A stretch of 63,304 nucleotides of DNA, the filler included, from Saprolegnia diclina VS20 (taxonomy: Eukaryota): the NCBI RefSeq assembly GCF_000281045.1. It is 7 parts of 3 records of this genome, joined end to end, with 100 filler letters (N's around TTAATTAATTAA, not from the genome) between each part and the next. Parts side by side here need not be neighbours in the genome. Positions count along the whole stretch, not along the records: positions 1 to 23,307 come from NW_008246109.1; 6 more parts are not named here. One strand, given 5' to 3'. This document shows positions 9,501-23,307 of this stretch, one piece after another. The stretch's first letter is position 1. Every line of letters starts with the position of its first letter. A program made the position numbers and the translations under genes. A model generated the notes under the pieces. That model searched no databases, was not told where the DNA came from, and saw nothing but the letters and a program-made list of their open reading frames with translations.

Positions 9501-12500
9501 TTATGGCAGCGAGCTGCTCGTGTCCTCGTGGTGCAGTAGCGCCGCCATGCTCTTGCCCATCGTTTCCTTGCGCTTCACCGCCAGCTTGTGCTTGGAGGCG
9601 GTCTTGATCGTCTCGCGAGTGATGACGCTACCAGGACCGGACTCGTCGTCACGGTCCAGCGACACGTGCGCCCGCGGACTGTAAACGTCGAGCGAGCTCT
9701 GCGTCAGCGGGCGCGGGCTCTCGCAGTCGTCGGCTTCGACCACGTCGCCGCCCAAGTCGTCCATGTCGGGACTGCGCTTGGACATGGCCTTGAGCAGTCG
9801 GAGGTCCGGCTTGCGCTTCTTCTGGCTGCTGCTCGTGCTGCCGCGCGGTGTCAAGCTCGGTTTGCTGTTCAACTCGGCGGCCACGCTGCCCTTGTTCTAT
9901 TGGCATCGATACATATGGACGACGAGATAGCTGCTCGTACCCCGTAGAGGACGTCCGGGTCGCCGCGGCCGTGCTCGTTCTACGCAGAGGATGAGCCGAC
10001 CACTACGATCTGAAGTGCACCTTGTCGATGACCGCCATCATGCGCTCTTCGCATACGCGAATGATCTCGCACAGCGCTTCCGGGGACACTGACTCGAACT
10101 GCGACAGCGTCACCGCGCGCGTGTCCTAGCACTGCCATGAGATCAGGTGCGAGGTAGAGCTCCTGCCTTGTCTTGGTACGGCGGCCACAGATCCCGCGCA
10201 GGCACGAGGCCTTGCTTGGGCGCGGTCACGCGCGTAATGCCGGCGAGCCGGGCAATGTTGGCGAGGCCCGAGACGATCTCGTTGAGCGCGTGCAGCTGGC
10301 TCGAGTACCTAGTCGCAAATCACTATTTTATGTTAGGAAACATAGCGCCGTACGTGCGCTGCACGCGCAGGAGCGACGACTCGGCCTCGCGCGCGTCGTC
10401 TTCGAGCACGCGCGGGTCCGCACACTCTTTGTGAATATGCTCGAGGCCCTTGACCTGCGCCTCGAGCTCGCTCTGACTCATCTTGATCTGTTTCAAGCGC
10501 GCTTCGTAGAGCTGGGCCTAGATGCAAACTTGATACAAAGTTGATACACACCTCGCCTACCTGTTCGTCGAGGCTCTTGTTGAGCGCTTCGCGGTTGTTG
10601 AACTTGTCGTGGATCGCACTCATGTCCGAGAGGCCGGTGGCCGCAATGATTCGGCGGCACATGGACTGGCACTGGTTGAGCGCGACCTTGGCGATCGACG
10701 CCTTGTTGTACGCCTACGCAGCGCCGTCACCGCCCGCTCCCACTTCGTGGAAATGGTACTGTGGTTTCCGCCGTCACTTGCACGTGCAGCTTCTTCTCGA
10801 GCTCGATCGTCTCGGCCGATTTGATCTGGAGCGCGTGCGCCTTGACCTTCTCGATGATGCCCAGCCGCGTCTGGTAGAGGTCGTCGATCTTGGCCTGATC
10901 GAGCTCCATGCGGTCGCGCGTCTTCTCGAGGCGGTCGAGCACGGCTTCGTGGAGCCGCCGGTTCTTGGCGCACTCGATTTTGAGTCGCGGCAGCTCGTTC
11001 GTGCTCACGTGGTGCTGCTGGAACCTGAGCGCCTCGAGCTCCTTGTTGAGATCCTAAACCAAAGTGTTGCGTTTGCATCGAGCCGCCTCCGCGTACGCGC
11101 AGAGTCATTTGCAGGAGCTTGGCTTCCTTCTTGGACTTGGAGAGGTGGTGCGGGTCGGACGCCGGGTACACTTCGCACGACTTGAGCAATTTGACATAGG
11201 TCTTTTCTTGCTTGGCCACCACCTTCATCTATTACAACGCTCAATACCCAAACGACTGGTACACTGCGGTACGGTGGCGTCGACTTGGTCCATGCGCCGC
11301 GTCATCTCGCGCAGCGCGTCTTCGGCTTCGTGGATGTACTGGAGCGACGCGCTGTGCTTGTGCTTGCGATCTCGAATCGTCTGCCGGAGCTTCTCCAAGC
11401 GCGTGTTTTTCGCGGTCGCCTCGCGCTTGAGGTAGTTGTGGCACTGCTGCAGCTTGAGCAGCACTTGCTGGTTGCACGATTTCTTGACGTCGTACTCGGT
11501 CTTGGGGTAGTCTTGGACGTGGGCCTACACCAATATTCATACATCTATAGCAATAGACCTAAAGGTACCTGCAACCCAAACCCTTCGCCCACCATTTGGT
11601 CGGCGAAAAAGTCGACGTCCCGCACAGCGTTGGTCGCGGCCGGCGACCGCTGCGAGAGCGATCGACCGAGGCTCGAACCCAAGCCCGACTCTTCTAAAAT
11701 GGTGTTTTCGAGCTGGACGGTAAAGGACGCTGTCGGTGCGTTCTTGAAGCCCATGAACGACGTCTTGCGCTTCATCAGAAGGTGCGTCGGCGAGTTGGGA
11801 CCGATGATATCCTAGCATTTTTGACGATTTTTCATAGCTCGATCATCGTACCAACGTCGCTGGCGCGTTCGACACTGGGATCGTTGGCAAGCTGGCGTTC
11901 GCTATCGCCTTGAGCTTGAACGGGCTGATGCTCACGGCCGTTGGCTACGACCGTGACAAGCCGTGTCGAGATAGGTCAAGTGTACCCGTCGGGGGTGCTT
12001 GTTGATGTTGGGCATCGACGACGTGCGCTTCACGGGGTTGGTTGGTGCAAGCGCCGCCGCCGACGCAGAGGGCGCTAAAGCCGACGCTGGCACCAATGAC
12101 GCGGGCGACGCGGCGCCTACTCCCAAGTTTCAACAACAAAATTCTGCGCATCCTGTACCCAAGGCCGGCGAGAGTTCGATCGATTCGTCAGCCAAGTGGC
12201 TCGGGTCAATGGATATGGACGCAGTGATCGCGCCGGGCGAGCTCTTGTTGTCTGCTTCGTCAATCTCGTACCCGAGCGCGAGCCACGGAAACTAGATTTC
12301 CCAATCTGGTACGCGCCATATGTCCCAGAACGCACGCACCTGGATCCAGATCCAGCGGTGGTAGAGGTAAAACGGGTTTGGTTCGAGCGACTGCTGCACG
12401 AGAACATGCGGCAACTAGATACGATAGTATAGTACATTTCGCGTGTGAGAGTATACCTGCGGCACAAAGTGGAAGCCGTTGGCCGTGAGTTCTTTCAGAT

Positions 12501-15478
12501 CAAAGATGGGGTGGTTGAACGTCGGGAGCTCCATCTGACTAAACACCGAGTACTCGAAGAGGAACCTCGTCATCTAGCCCAATCGGCAAATAAGAACTGG
12601 CATACGAGGAGCGTTCGTACCGTCTGCAGCACGGGCAGCAGCTGCTTGGTCGTCGGCCGCGCGCAGTGGTACCAGTCGTCGAGCGACTTGTTGTATTCGC
12701 GCACGACGTCAAACGTCACGGGGTGGTGCTTGCGCTGGTCGTCGCCATTGTCCACAGTATCACTCGACGAAGGCGCCACTGAGCCGCCGACGGCCGACCT
12801 AAAGTATGCGAATAAGTCCGAGATAGCTCAAGGTTTCTAGCCGACCCTTCGCTCAGTGTTTTCCAATACGAAAAGAGCTCGGTCTTGTAGTTGGCGGTGA
12901 AGAGGAGCTGGAACATTGGCAAGTTGACGAGCACTTCCTTGAGCGCGAACCAGCGCTTGCAGAACGTCAGATGCCACGGCAGCTCCTAATGCAAAGGTCG
13001 ATGTGCCAGTCGATCGCAATAGTACCTCGACGCGGCGAAAGGTCGGCGGGTGGCAAATGAAGAAGCGCACGAGCCAGTTGTGGTACGCCATCTCGGCTTT
13101 GGGCGACCCGATGTAGCGCCAGTAGACGAGGTCCCGCAGCGAGTCGTAGCACATGGGGAAAAGCACAATGTCCTGGAGGAAGAGGAACCCGAGCGTCCGG
13201 AGCGCGGAGAGGAGCGTGCTCCACGTGCTTTCTTGGAACGCGAGCTTCGGTGGGAGTAGTTTGGGGATACTCTCTTTCAACAGACTGTCGAGGTCGCGGG
13301 TGTCGTCATTCTCGTCTGGCAGTCCGTGGATGTGCTCCTTCTCCGCGATCGCCATGGCGTTGACGAGGCTCTTGAGCTCGTTCACGAGGAGCCCGTGGCG
13401 CGCTACGTACAAGACGCAGAGCGCCTTTCCGAGGAGACCGCGGAGACCAAGCACGTCGCGCCCGCCCGTGACGTAGACGGGGTACACGGGGGCGAGGCGG
13501 GGCGCCGCCCGCATCGAGCGCTGGCTCGCGAGAGGCGTCTTGGGGTGGACGGGTGTATCGGGTTTGGGCGCCACGTCCCGCAGCTCTACACAAGCCTGAG
13601 GCGCAGGTCGTAATCGATCGACGACGCACCGTCTCCGTCTGTCGACGGCTGGCACGACACGGTGCTGAGAACCGACGTGAGAATCTCGCGGGGGGCGTCC
13701 AGCGTCTTGTCGTCGTCGTCCATGTCCGCAGTGTCGTCCTTGGCGTCGTCCGAGAGCTCTTTGAAAATAAGACTGACGTCCTGCGCGTCCTCATCGTAGT
13801 GACGGGGCGTGCCCATCTCATCGTCGTCCTACAACTACTTTGACGCGACAATGGCGATCAACACTGGTGGTACCGAGTCGTACTCGACGTTGTTGCCTGG
13901 GCCTGGCACTTGGTGGTGCTCACTCGTTGCGTGGGCGGCGCTGTACTTGGTCGGCGACGTGGGCGGCTACGCTACGTTCTTATATCTGCCATGGCTCGAG
14001 ACGAACCGCAGGAAAGAAGGTCGTGTCGAGCGCGTGCTCGCCGAGGAACTGCATCGCGTCCGCCGTGTCGTGGTGGCTGGGCGTATACCCGACCTCCATG
14101 GAGCGCAAAATGCTCTCGTACAGGTTGCCGTTGCTCATGGCCGAGACCCACTCCTTGAAGACGACGTGACTAGGTACGCAGAACGCTTGTGGGGGAAGAG
14201 ACCGTAGCAGGAAGTACATGTTGAAGCCTTGCTTGGCCGCCCACGCCAACGCGACGAGGAGCACGCGAAGGAACTTTGGGTTGGTCGTTCGCTCAATGCT
14301 CACAATGGCCTAACTTCTTGTATGAGCAACAAGAGCCGTCGCAGTCTCGACCTTGACTTGGAGCTCAAAGAGCTGGAGGCCCGGCGTCGGCGAGTACTGG
14401 TTCTGCCGCTGGAGAAACTTGGCGACGATCAGACGCTTCTCGTCGTCGCTGAGCGGACTCAAGTGCACCGTATGCCAATTGCGGCGCACAGCTTCAATCT
14501 ATCAAGTGGATGTAGCCAATCAGAGAAAGCGGGTCGGCGTACTTTGATGCGCTCCATGGTGGGGAGGTCGGGGCCGTTGACTTCGGGCGTGCTGCCACTT
14601 GGCACGCTCGTAGCTGCGAGCACGAGCCGCACGTTGGACGGGAACGCTACGCATCCAGAGACCCATACATCTCCATGTCGATATGGAACTAGCAAATGTA
14701 CAGAGCGGAAGCCACTTGAGAATCGAGTCGCCGTCGCTCGTCCGGAGGCGGTGGACGCCGTCGACGATAAGGATGATGCGGCCTTTGCGGGATGCTGCGT
14801 CGAGGTAGCGCGGGAACTGCCAGCTCAGGCGCTCCTCGAGCGTCGGGACCTCCTTGGGCAGCTCGAAATACTCCTTGAGCTCGGTCAGAATGCGCTCGAG
14901 GAGCTTGGAGACGAACGCGCCTTGGCGCGTGCAGGCGACCGCGTGGTAAAAGATGAACTCGGGCAGTCCGTTGTTCCAGTTCTGGAACTTCTTCTTGCGG
15001 CGGTGGACCCAGTTGGCCTGACGGCGATGAGATCGAGCGAGATATGGAGTTTACCAGGTAGGCCGACTTGCCGCTGCCGGGCGCGCCAAAGACGATGAGC
15101 GGGCCCTTGGGCAGATGCATGCCATCGACGTCGCAGAACTCGTCGAGCTCTCTACGCCGGCGAAAAGGTCACATAAGCTGCGGCGAGAGAGGGTCGGTAC
15201 CGCAGCAGGTTGCGCTTGTCCGCATACAGGAACTCGTCCGTCTCGAGGCGGCTCTTCATGAAGGCGTGGTGGAACTCGGACTCGTACTCGGAGATCGAGT
15301 CGATCTCGTGGATGCGGACGACCGGCGCGGCCACCGCCGGGTTGAGCGCCGAGCCCTTCCGCGTCAGCCGCTTCATCCTCGAAACCGATTCCAAGTTACT
15401 CTGGGCGGGTAGGCTTCCTTTATAGTGTATGGTGGCATATAGTGTTGTAAAATTCGATACAAGAACATGGGGCATCAT
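9501..15478 (-). CDS. Multi-exon gene: NACHT/NPHP3-like P-loop NTPase followed by a long coiled coil (ODA docking-complex-like); start uncertain (15478 or 15376)
   Basis: Spliced reading gives Walker A GAPGSGKSAYLANW (15064-15087), Walker B IILIVDG, WLP..FPSNVRLVLA and ELPWHL..W. Coiled-coil exons include IIAATGLSDMSAIHDKFNNREALNKSL. Short GT-AG introns (e.g. 15152-15200, 11812-11851) and no intergenic gap. Confidence 0.65.
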
Positions 15479-15730
15479 TGTACTCCAAGTTCACTCCTCG
15501 CTGAATGGAGCGAAGGAGGGCTGATACGAGCTACTTGGTCGTGAGTATACAATGTAGTCGGGACTGCTGACATGCTGTCGGCGCTCACCTTGTCGTGGCT
15601 GCATGCAACAAGGCCAAGATCCCGCGATAGAAGAACATCGCGGTGATTCGTCCAAATAGGCTGGATGCGCACGCCTTTTTGGCCAATGGCCTTGGGCGAA
15701 ATTGCCAGATCCTGGACCGCAAACAAGAAG

Positions 15731-16710
15731 ATGTCGGACATCGCGTACGTGCCGGGCCTCCCGACCGAGGTCGTGACCCACCCGCTCGTGCTGCTCTCGA
15801 TCGTGGACCACTACAACCGCGTGGCCAAGGACACGTCCAAGCGCGTCGTCGGCGTCCTCCTCGGTAGCGTCTCCAAGGGCAAGTGCGACGTGACCAACTC
15901 GTTCGCCGTGCCCTTCGACGAGGACCTCCGCCACCCGACGATCTGGTACCTCGACCACGACTTCCTCGAGAACATGTTCGCCATGTTCAAGAAGATCAGC
16001 GCCAACGAGCGCATCGTTGGCTTTTACTCGACCGGCCCCAAGATCCGCGCCGCCGACCTCGCGCTCGACGAGCTCTTCCGCCGCTACTGTGCCAACCCGG
16101 TCTTGGTCATCTGCGACGTGCGCCCGAACGTTGAGGGCCTGCCCACAACTGCGTATGGCTCGATCGAGGAAGTCGAGGAAGACGGCAAAGCCATCAAGCG
16201 TACCTTCAAGCACATCAAGTCGACGATCGGCGCGTACGAGGCCGAAGAGGTTGGTGTCGAGCACCTCCTCCGCGACATCAACGACCCGAGCGTGAGCTCG
16301 CTCGCGGGCCAGGTCAAGCACAAGATGACCGCGCTCAACGGCCTCAAGGAGCGCGTCGAAGAGATGCGCCTGTACCTCCAGAACGTCCTCGACGGGAAGC
16401 TCCCAGTGAACCACCAGATTGTGTACAACATGCAGACCATCTTCAACCTCCTTCCGAACCTCAACGTCGAGGAGCTCGTCCGCGCCATGTTTGTCAAGAC
16501 GAACGACATGTACTTGGTACGACGACGCAGTCTCTTCGTCGTTCTTTAGCTCACGGAATGGCGTAGGTGCTCTACCTCTCGGCGCTCATCCGCTGCACGA
16601 TCGCGTTGCACGACCTCGTGAGCAACAAGATCAAATACAAGGAGTCGGAAGCCGACCTCAAGGACGACGCCAAGCAGGCCGCGTCGTCGACCAAGCCGAC
16701 GGTACCGTAG
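15731..16710 (+). CDS. RPN8: 26S proteasome regulatory subunit RPN8/PSMD7 (MPN domain); intron 16517-16566
   Basis: [46 protein letters not shown] and FNLLPNL; exon 2 gives [22 protein letters not shown]. Confidence 0.96.
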
Positions 16711-17432
16711 GCGCCGTCGTCGTAGCTGCATTAACTCTGCATCAAGATGACGTCACACCGCCATTAGCATGGCATTGCGCTCCAGGATGCATCGCACTGA
16801 GATGGCGTCGCGCGCCAGGATGGTCGTTGGCAAAAGAAGCCGAGCACAAGGATGACCGCCCACGCAGGTCGCGACATGGTGCACGCCCAGTCGGCCCAGT
16901 CGCCTTCGAGCGCCTCGATTGCACGCCAGTGGAAGTGAGATGAGCCCGTGCGCGAGTAGGTCTTGCTCAGCATGGGGCATGCGTGTCTCTCGGGGCGTAT
17001 GAGCTCGTCGAGGAAGTCGGCTCCATCCTCCGTGCGCCGTGGGAGACCGTGGCGACGCCGATCCCACCACGCGCTTCACGATCATGTCGCGGCCAGCGCG
17101 TTGCCCGAGCCCTACCTGGCGTACAACGTGCCTGTCGAGCAACTGACGTGGAGAGCTGCCTGGCGCTAGCCGCCTCTCGAGCTCAATGGCAGCCACCACT
17201 ACAGTACCGGACAGATGCTCCTCCGAAGCGATGATGGCTCAACTATCGCCCCAGTGCGAGCCTGAGCCTGTCGAGGCTGGCGCCAGCGTTCGATTAGCTA
17301 CTGCGCAGTTGTCTTCAGCTCGGCGTGTACGGTGTACTGTCCAGTGCGGAATTCGGCTCTTCCTCCCACCGGCATAGATATGTAGGGTTGGGTGTTATTA
17401 AATAGTCGGGCAAAATATACAGAAAAGGCACA

Positions 17433-18365
17433 CTAGCGGGCGTAGTTGAGCTGCGCGACCTCGAAGAGGAGGTCGTCCAGCCAGTCTTTGGGCTCGCGCA
17501 CCGTCTTGCGCACAACCGTGGGCGACGCAGTGAGCGTCTTGGGCGCCGCCGCCATCTCTTGCTGCTCATGCGCGAGGCTCTCTTCCTCGAGCTTGGCCTC
17601 GATCTGGTCGACGACCGCGAGGTACTCGGTCTCGTAGTTGACCGACTTGGTCACGATCGCGCACAGCTGCGCCAGTCGCGCTTGCTCGAGCTCGTAGTCC
17701 GAGTCCAAGGACGCCGTATCTTCCGAGCAGCTGCCGCGAAGGTCGACGCTCTTCCATGCGAAAATTTCGTCGTCCGAACTGGCTTCGGACTCGGACTCGG
17801 ACTCGTCGTCCGAGTCGTCGCACTCTTCGTCGCCGTCGGCGTCGAGGTCGTCGTCGTAGTTGCTCTCGACGTCCGAGCAGTCGTTGTTCTCTTCGTCGAG
17901 GTAGTAGCTGGCGCGGCTTTGCTGGCGGAGGATCCAGTCGTTCGTTTGGCCGAGCGCGTTGTCTTCGAGCGCCGTCCGGAGCTTGGCGATCGTCTCTTCG
18001 TACGACGCGCAGCGCTCCATGTACATGTCGACGTCGTCCTGGAGCATCTCGAGCTCTTCGCGGTGGATCTCTTCAATGTCGTTGAGCGGGCCGGCGAGCG
18101 TGTCGAGCTGCGCCTCAATGTGCTCTTCGAGCGCGGCTTCGAGCGCAAACACCTGGCGGACTTGGGCCTCGAGGGCGGCCTCGGCCGACTTGAGCTTGCC
18201 CTTCGTCTCGCGGTGCAGCACCTTCTCGATGCGCAGCTCGTAGTGGGCTTGGCTCACCTGCTTGGTGAGCGCCATGACCTTGGCGTGCAGCACTTCGTTG
18301 CGCACGTGCAGCGTCTCGAGCGTGTCGTCGTCCTCGCGGAGGTAGGGCGGAAGCTGCATGTTCAT
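17433..18365 (-). CDS. Hypothetical coiled-coil protein with acidic D/E/S tract
   Basis: About 310 aa from MNMQLPP; heptad-rich E/L/A sequence and strong GC3 codon bias. Confidence 0.75.
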   Translation of the reverse strand: MNMQLPPYLREDDDTLETLHVRNEVLHAKVMALTKQVSQAHYELRIEKVLHRETKGKLKSAEAALEAQVRQVFALEAALEEHIEAQLDTLAGPLNDIEEIHREELEMLQDDVDMYMERCASYEETIAKLRTALEDNALGQTNDWILRQQSRASYYLDEENNDCSDVESNYDDDLDADGDEECDDSDDESESESEASSDDEIFAWKSVDLRGSCSEDTASLDSDYELEQARLAQLCAIVTKSVNYETEYLAVVDQIEAKLEEESLAHEQQEMAAAPKTLTASPTVVRKTVREPKDWLDDLLFEVAQLNYAR

Positions 18366-19966
18366 CTCGATGAGGCAAGGGCGAGTATGGAGATGGAGAT
18401 GGAGGCGCGGCCGGCGGCGGGTAAAGAAGCGGCAGGAAGCGTTGGATGGCCCCGGGCGCAATGACGATGTGACCTCGCCTGGTCCGCTACTCGGCCTGCG
18501 TACCGTAGGGCCAGGATTAACCGCGCCGTCGGGACAAACTGGGTTTAACCCAGAAAGATCAATTGATGGCTCTTGAAACGACCGCCTGTTTATGCGGCGT
18601 GGCCAGTCACATGGGCCTACCTTGGATGCAAACCGCCGTCTCACGCTCGGGACTCAAGCTCAAGGAGCGCTCATGCTAGTGCATATGAGGCGCCGTAGGT
18701 AGATGCGCCTTGCCAAACGTTTTCTTATGCGTGAAAAGAAGGCATCCGTGGACAGGGACGAGGCGTCCTTGCAGCGTTCCAGCGGCGAAGATGAGCGCGG
18801 TGTGAGAGTGAAGTTGAGTCGGTCTCTCTCAGACAGCTGTGGCAAGACGAACCCAGTCCTTTCGTAGCGCGAGTTGCCTTCTGCGACCCTTGCAGCGCGG
18901 CCTTGATAAAGAAAGATACGGCAATCCACTGGTCCATTATCAACCTGGTGGAAAACCTTGCGGATCGAAAAACCCAGGGGCAAATCCCGTTTACGGGACA
19001 AACGTGATGGAAAAGCCCAACTTCAACAATTCCAGCCGCCAAGCTACTCTTTTAACCCGTTTCGGAGTTCTGAGCAACTCCCTCAGATCAGCAGTAGCCT
19101 GCTGCTCTTCCCACATTTGTAGTATTCGAGCCTTTGTATGTGAAGAAGCACCCGGTATATCCCACGCAGCAAGATGGTGGCGCCCTTGCAAGGCGACTGA
19201 TATTGAGGGAGAATAACGAGATCCGACTTTTTATTTGTCACACGGCGTGAACTTTGATTGTGACACGAGCCGTCCATAAAACCCTCGCGAGTCGCGTCCA
19301 TGACGCGCCGCAACCGCCGAGGCGACTCGCGACGGCAAGGCTAGTCGGACGCAACATGCTAATCTTTGTATGCGTTCCCATCCCCGGCCGCGGGGTGGCC
19401 AGCGCCAGCGGAGATGTCCTGCGATATGTGCGGCTGAAAGCACGCCATCGGCTGCGCCTCGTCCCGCGCAGCGCGAAAAAGTTGGGTGGAACTAGCGCCT
19501 ACGTGGCACGACGTACCCAATGGATTTGAGTGGGATCCTTGACAGCTTGTCTTTGGCCGGTAGAGAGACGACTATTACAAGCTTGTAGTAACAGTCGCAT
19601 GCGAGGTTAATTCGGTTGATGGCAAAGCGGGTTGGTCGTAGCACCAAAATTTACATCCGAGTGGGGTGTGGACTTCTCTCTGTGCTGACGAGGCAGCGAC
19701 AAGGTTTCGCGCCCAAGAGAAGCGTCGTGCCGGCCTCGTCAAGCCCTCGATTGATGAGCTTGCATTTGTATGTGATTTTTATACACCAACCACGCTAGAA
19801 GGTCGCACGCCATGTCACTGACGACCTCGCACGCACGCACGCAGGCCAAGTGCGTCGATGACGCAGCCGTGGCGGGACGTACTGTAGCTTTGACAGTGTT
19901 CGCTGGTCAATTTTTGGCGGGAACTCGAACGTTCGAGACAGGACGCTATAAATACTTCAAGTCGCG

Positions 19967-22900
19967 ATGCACAGCGCGCCCGGGAGTCTCTCGCCGCGGC
20001 AAAAGATCGCTGTCGTGCGGGACCCCGACATGCTCACGAGCACGTCCGAGGTGCGGCCGTACAAGACGTACCCGTTCCACGGGCTCCAGCAGTCGCCCAC
20101 CAAAGGGTACACGCTGCTATACGCTCGCAGCAACATTTTAAACTCGTTTCTTAGTCCTGGGAAGCGCCTCAAGCACATTGGCAAGAAGAGCCACGCCACG
20201 TACAACCAATCCTGATAGAGTGGAGGAGGATGGTGAGCGTCCGCGTAGCGCGGCCATCGGCGACCCTTGGTACCCGTTGGGCCGGCCCTTCACGCCCTTG
20301 TCGTCCGTCTCGCCGGCGTCGGTGGTGTCGCACCTGGCCCACGAGCCCCACCCACCGGTATGTACGCGTCGTGGAACGCGGCGCTAGCAGTACGAGTAGG
20401 TCAAGCCCACAGATCTGGACCAAGTGGAAGGTTGGCTCAAGAGCTTGGAGGCCGAAGCGCAGCACTTTACCTCGTACTTTCTCTTTTGCGAAATGAAGTT
20501 TCAGCAGACGGCGGTGCTCGCGTCCGGGAAGGACGTGCCCAACCGGTTGCGCACCGCGGTTGCGTTCTACTGCCTCCAGCAAGCCTCGTCGATCTTTGGC
20601 CGCTACCAAAGCGTCCTCGACACCATCTGCCTGTATGTAGCGTCGACGGCCAACGGCGCTTGTTTCACGTAGTGTAGGAACCTCGGCGCGGCGATCTACA
20701 CGCAGTTTTCCGGCTTGCGTCGCGGCAACCCGCTCACAGCGCTCGAGTGCTACCAAGCCGGCGTGACGTACTTTGAGCAGTGCCGGACGCTCCAAGCGCA
20801 AAACCAAGAGCTCAAGCAGAGTCCGTTCTTGTATCGTGTGATGCGCTCTGAGGTCGGCCTAGGCAACGTCGAGACGGAAGCCACGATCATTCGGCTGCAG
20901 CAACAACTTGCGCAGCTGGAGACGCAGAACCAGCTTTTGCGGCAGCGGACCTCGGTTGTGAGTGCATATGGTCGCCCCCACGCCCTCTCGGACGCGGTGA
21001 CCCACGAACACGTCGGGCTCGTTGTCAACACGTTCCAAGGCCTCGAGAAGAACGACCAGCTCCAAGTAGGCTCGCCATTTTGCTGCTCGGTTGTCACGAA
21101 GGAGGCTAGTTGATTGTGGGGCTCGTCGAGCACCTCGGGTCGGATATTCACACGGACGCGCTGCTCATGATGATCGACAACCTCCCGCCGCATGCGCGTC
21201 AGCAGCTCATCGACCAGCTCTTCCAGGAACACGCCCAGGACTTGCGCGCGTGCGTCTTGTCTCTGTCTCATCCGACGCTAAATCAAAATGTGCAGAAAAG
21301 CCGAGGCCGAAGCCGCGATCGAAGAGGTGCGTCGGCGGCACGAAGACGACGACCGGCTGCGGGCGCTCCACGAAAAGTACCAGTCGCTGATCCTCGATGT
21401 CTTGAACGGAACGCCCGTCGCATCGCTCGACGTGCCCTTGGCCGATGTACAATTTGTCGATTTGATGATGGAGACTCAAAAGGACGTAGCGAGAGACGAT
21501 GGAAGCGCTCGGGCGCGTCGTCGACGCCCTCGGACGCGAGAAGGACCGCGTTGCGAAGCTGGAGGCCCGCATTTTCGCCCTCAACGTCACCCGCTCCAAG
21601 GCGCACAAGACGATCGAGAGCTCGGCCAACACGCGCTGCGCCGAGCTCGAGGCGACGATTGCGGCTCTCGAAGCCGAGAAGCGCGAGCTTCACGACACGT
21701 GTACCAAGCTCGAAGACCAAGCGCGGCGCTGTAGCACAACCGACGTCGCGACGCAGGTACCGTCGTTCACACAATCTCAATCTCAAACGCAAACGCTCAG
21801 GTCAACAAAGCCGAGCTCCGCCAAAGTCTGCTCCAACCCGAGAAAGAGCGGTCGATCGTCACGTCGGCCGCAACACCCGCGACTTGGCTCCAAGTCGGCC
21901 AAGGCCCCAAAGTCCAAAAGCGATTTGCTGGTATCTCTTTTGGACGACATAGACACAACTCGAATCGGAGGTTAGGGCTATACACCATGATCCAAGACGC
22001 CAACTACTCGGTCTCGAGCGTCAAGCGCATTTTGTCAAAGAAGCGACCGCTCTCGCTCGTCGAGATGCATGTGACGATCGCGGGGCTGTACCAAAGCAAA
22101 CTGTGCCAGGACATTGCCGACGACAACATGCACCGGCACCGCGACGGCCTGTCGCAGATGCTGCTCGACGCCTACACTGTCTATTACGGTCTGAAAGAGC
22201 TCGCGATGGGGCAGCTCATCCACCTCGACACGGCCGTGCGTCGATTTGCCTCTGTACGTGTCGTCGGCTGCTCGCGGTTGCATCATTTTTCTGTAGAAAA
22301 GCAGCCGCATTCGGCTCTTTGGGCTCCTCGTGGGGTCGCTCGAGCCCGGCAGTTTTGCGTCGTCGGCCCAAGCCATCGACTTCTTCTTGTTCGTTGTCGG
22401 CGTCCTCTTCAACAGTGCGTGTTTCCTGGTGTTTGTGGATACCATGTCGATGAAACTAGTTGGCAACTACCGACTCAACGCCGACAAGGCCATGGCGAAC
22501 GTCAAGCAGCTCAAAGCGTGGTTTGGCGACGGTGTACCTGGCAGTGCGAATTGCGCGACGCTCAAAATGGACAAGCTCGTCCAGACCGTCCACGTGGTCT
22601 TTGCGTACAACCACGTCACGCCGGCGTTCCTGGACGAGCTCAGCAGCCTCCAAACGGCGAGCGGCGACGTCGACTTGGACTTGGCGCTGGAGAAAATCAT
22701 GTTTTACTGGCTCACGCTGTATGGTCAGCAGATCGAGACGATGCGCGCGGTGTTTGGCCTCGCCGACAAGGACGGCAACGGCGTCCTCGACTTCCAAGAG
22801 TTCAGCCTCGTCGTACACCATTTGGACCCCGAGTGCCACCGCCGCGACGTCCTCGCGCTCTACAACCGCGTCGCGGGCGCTGACAACGTCATTGACATCC

Positions 22901-23286
22901 ACGAGTTTGTCGTGGGCATGATTCTACACCAGCGGGATTTGATGCTGCAGTCGTACTTTGCCGCGCCAAGTGCCAAGCCGCCTCCGTCGCCGCCGCTCCT
23001 CGATGCGGCCAGCGACAAGAAGGTCATGTCCAAAACCGATACGACGCAGCTCGCCTTCAACGTCTCCCATCGGCTCTCGACGCTTGTCGACCAAATGCAA
23101 TCGCGCGAAGCGAGCGATTCCCTCCTCGCGTCGGTCGCTGACGACGACGATGAAAAGTCCGCCGAAGAGCGACTTGTTGAAGAGAAGGCTGTGCAGTGGG
23201 ACGCGCATATCGATGACGTTGTGTCGCAGTTCATGGGCCACGTCGAAGCGCGTCCATCCACCCACGGGCGCGGCACGGTCTCGTAG
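19967..23286 (+). CDS. Multi-exon coiled-coil plus EF-hand protein (possibly TSNAXIP1-like)
   Basis: Exon fragments separated by short introns; canonical EF-hand DKDGNGVLDFQEF and a second degenerate loop GADNVIDIHEF; coiled-coil mid-region. The family call is tentative. Confidence 0.7.
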
Positions 23287-23307
23287 TGCTGCCACGTATT
23301 ATCTCGT

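Noticed and set aside
16750..17340. Short coding-like segments after RPN8
   Set aside because: No coherent gene model or recognisable motif; possibly a decayed gene.
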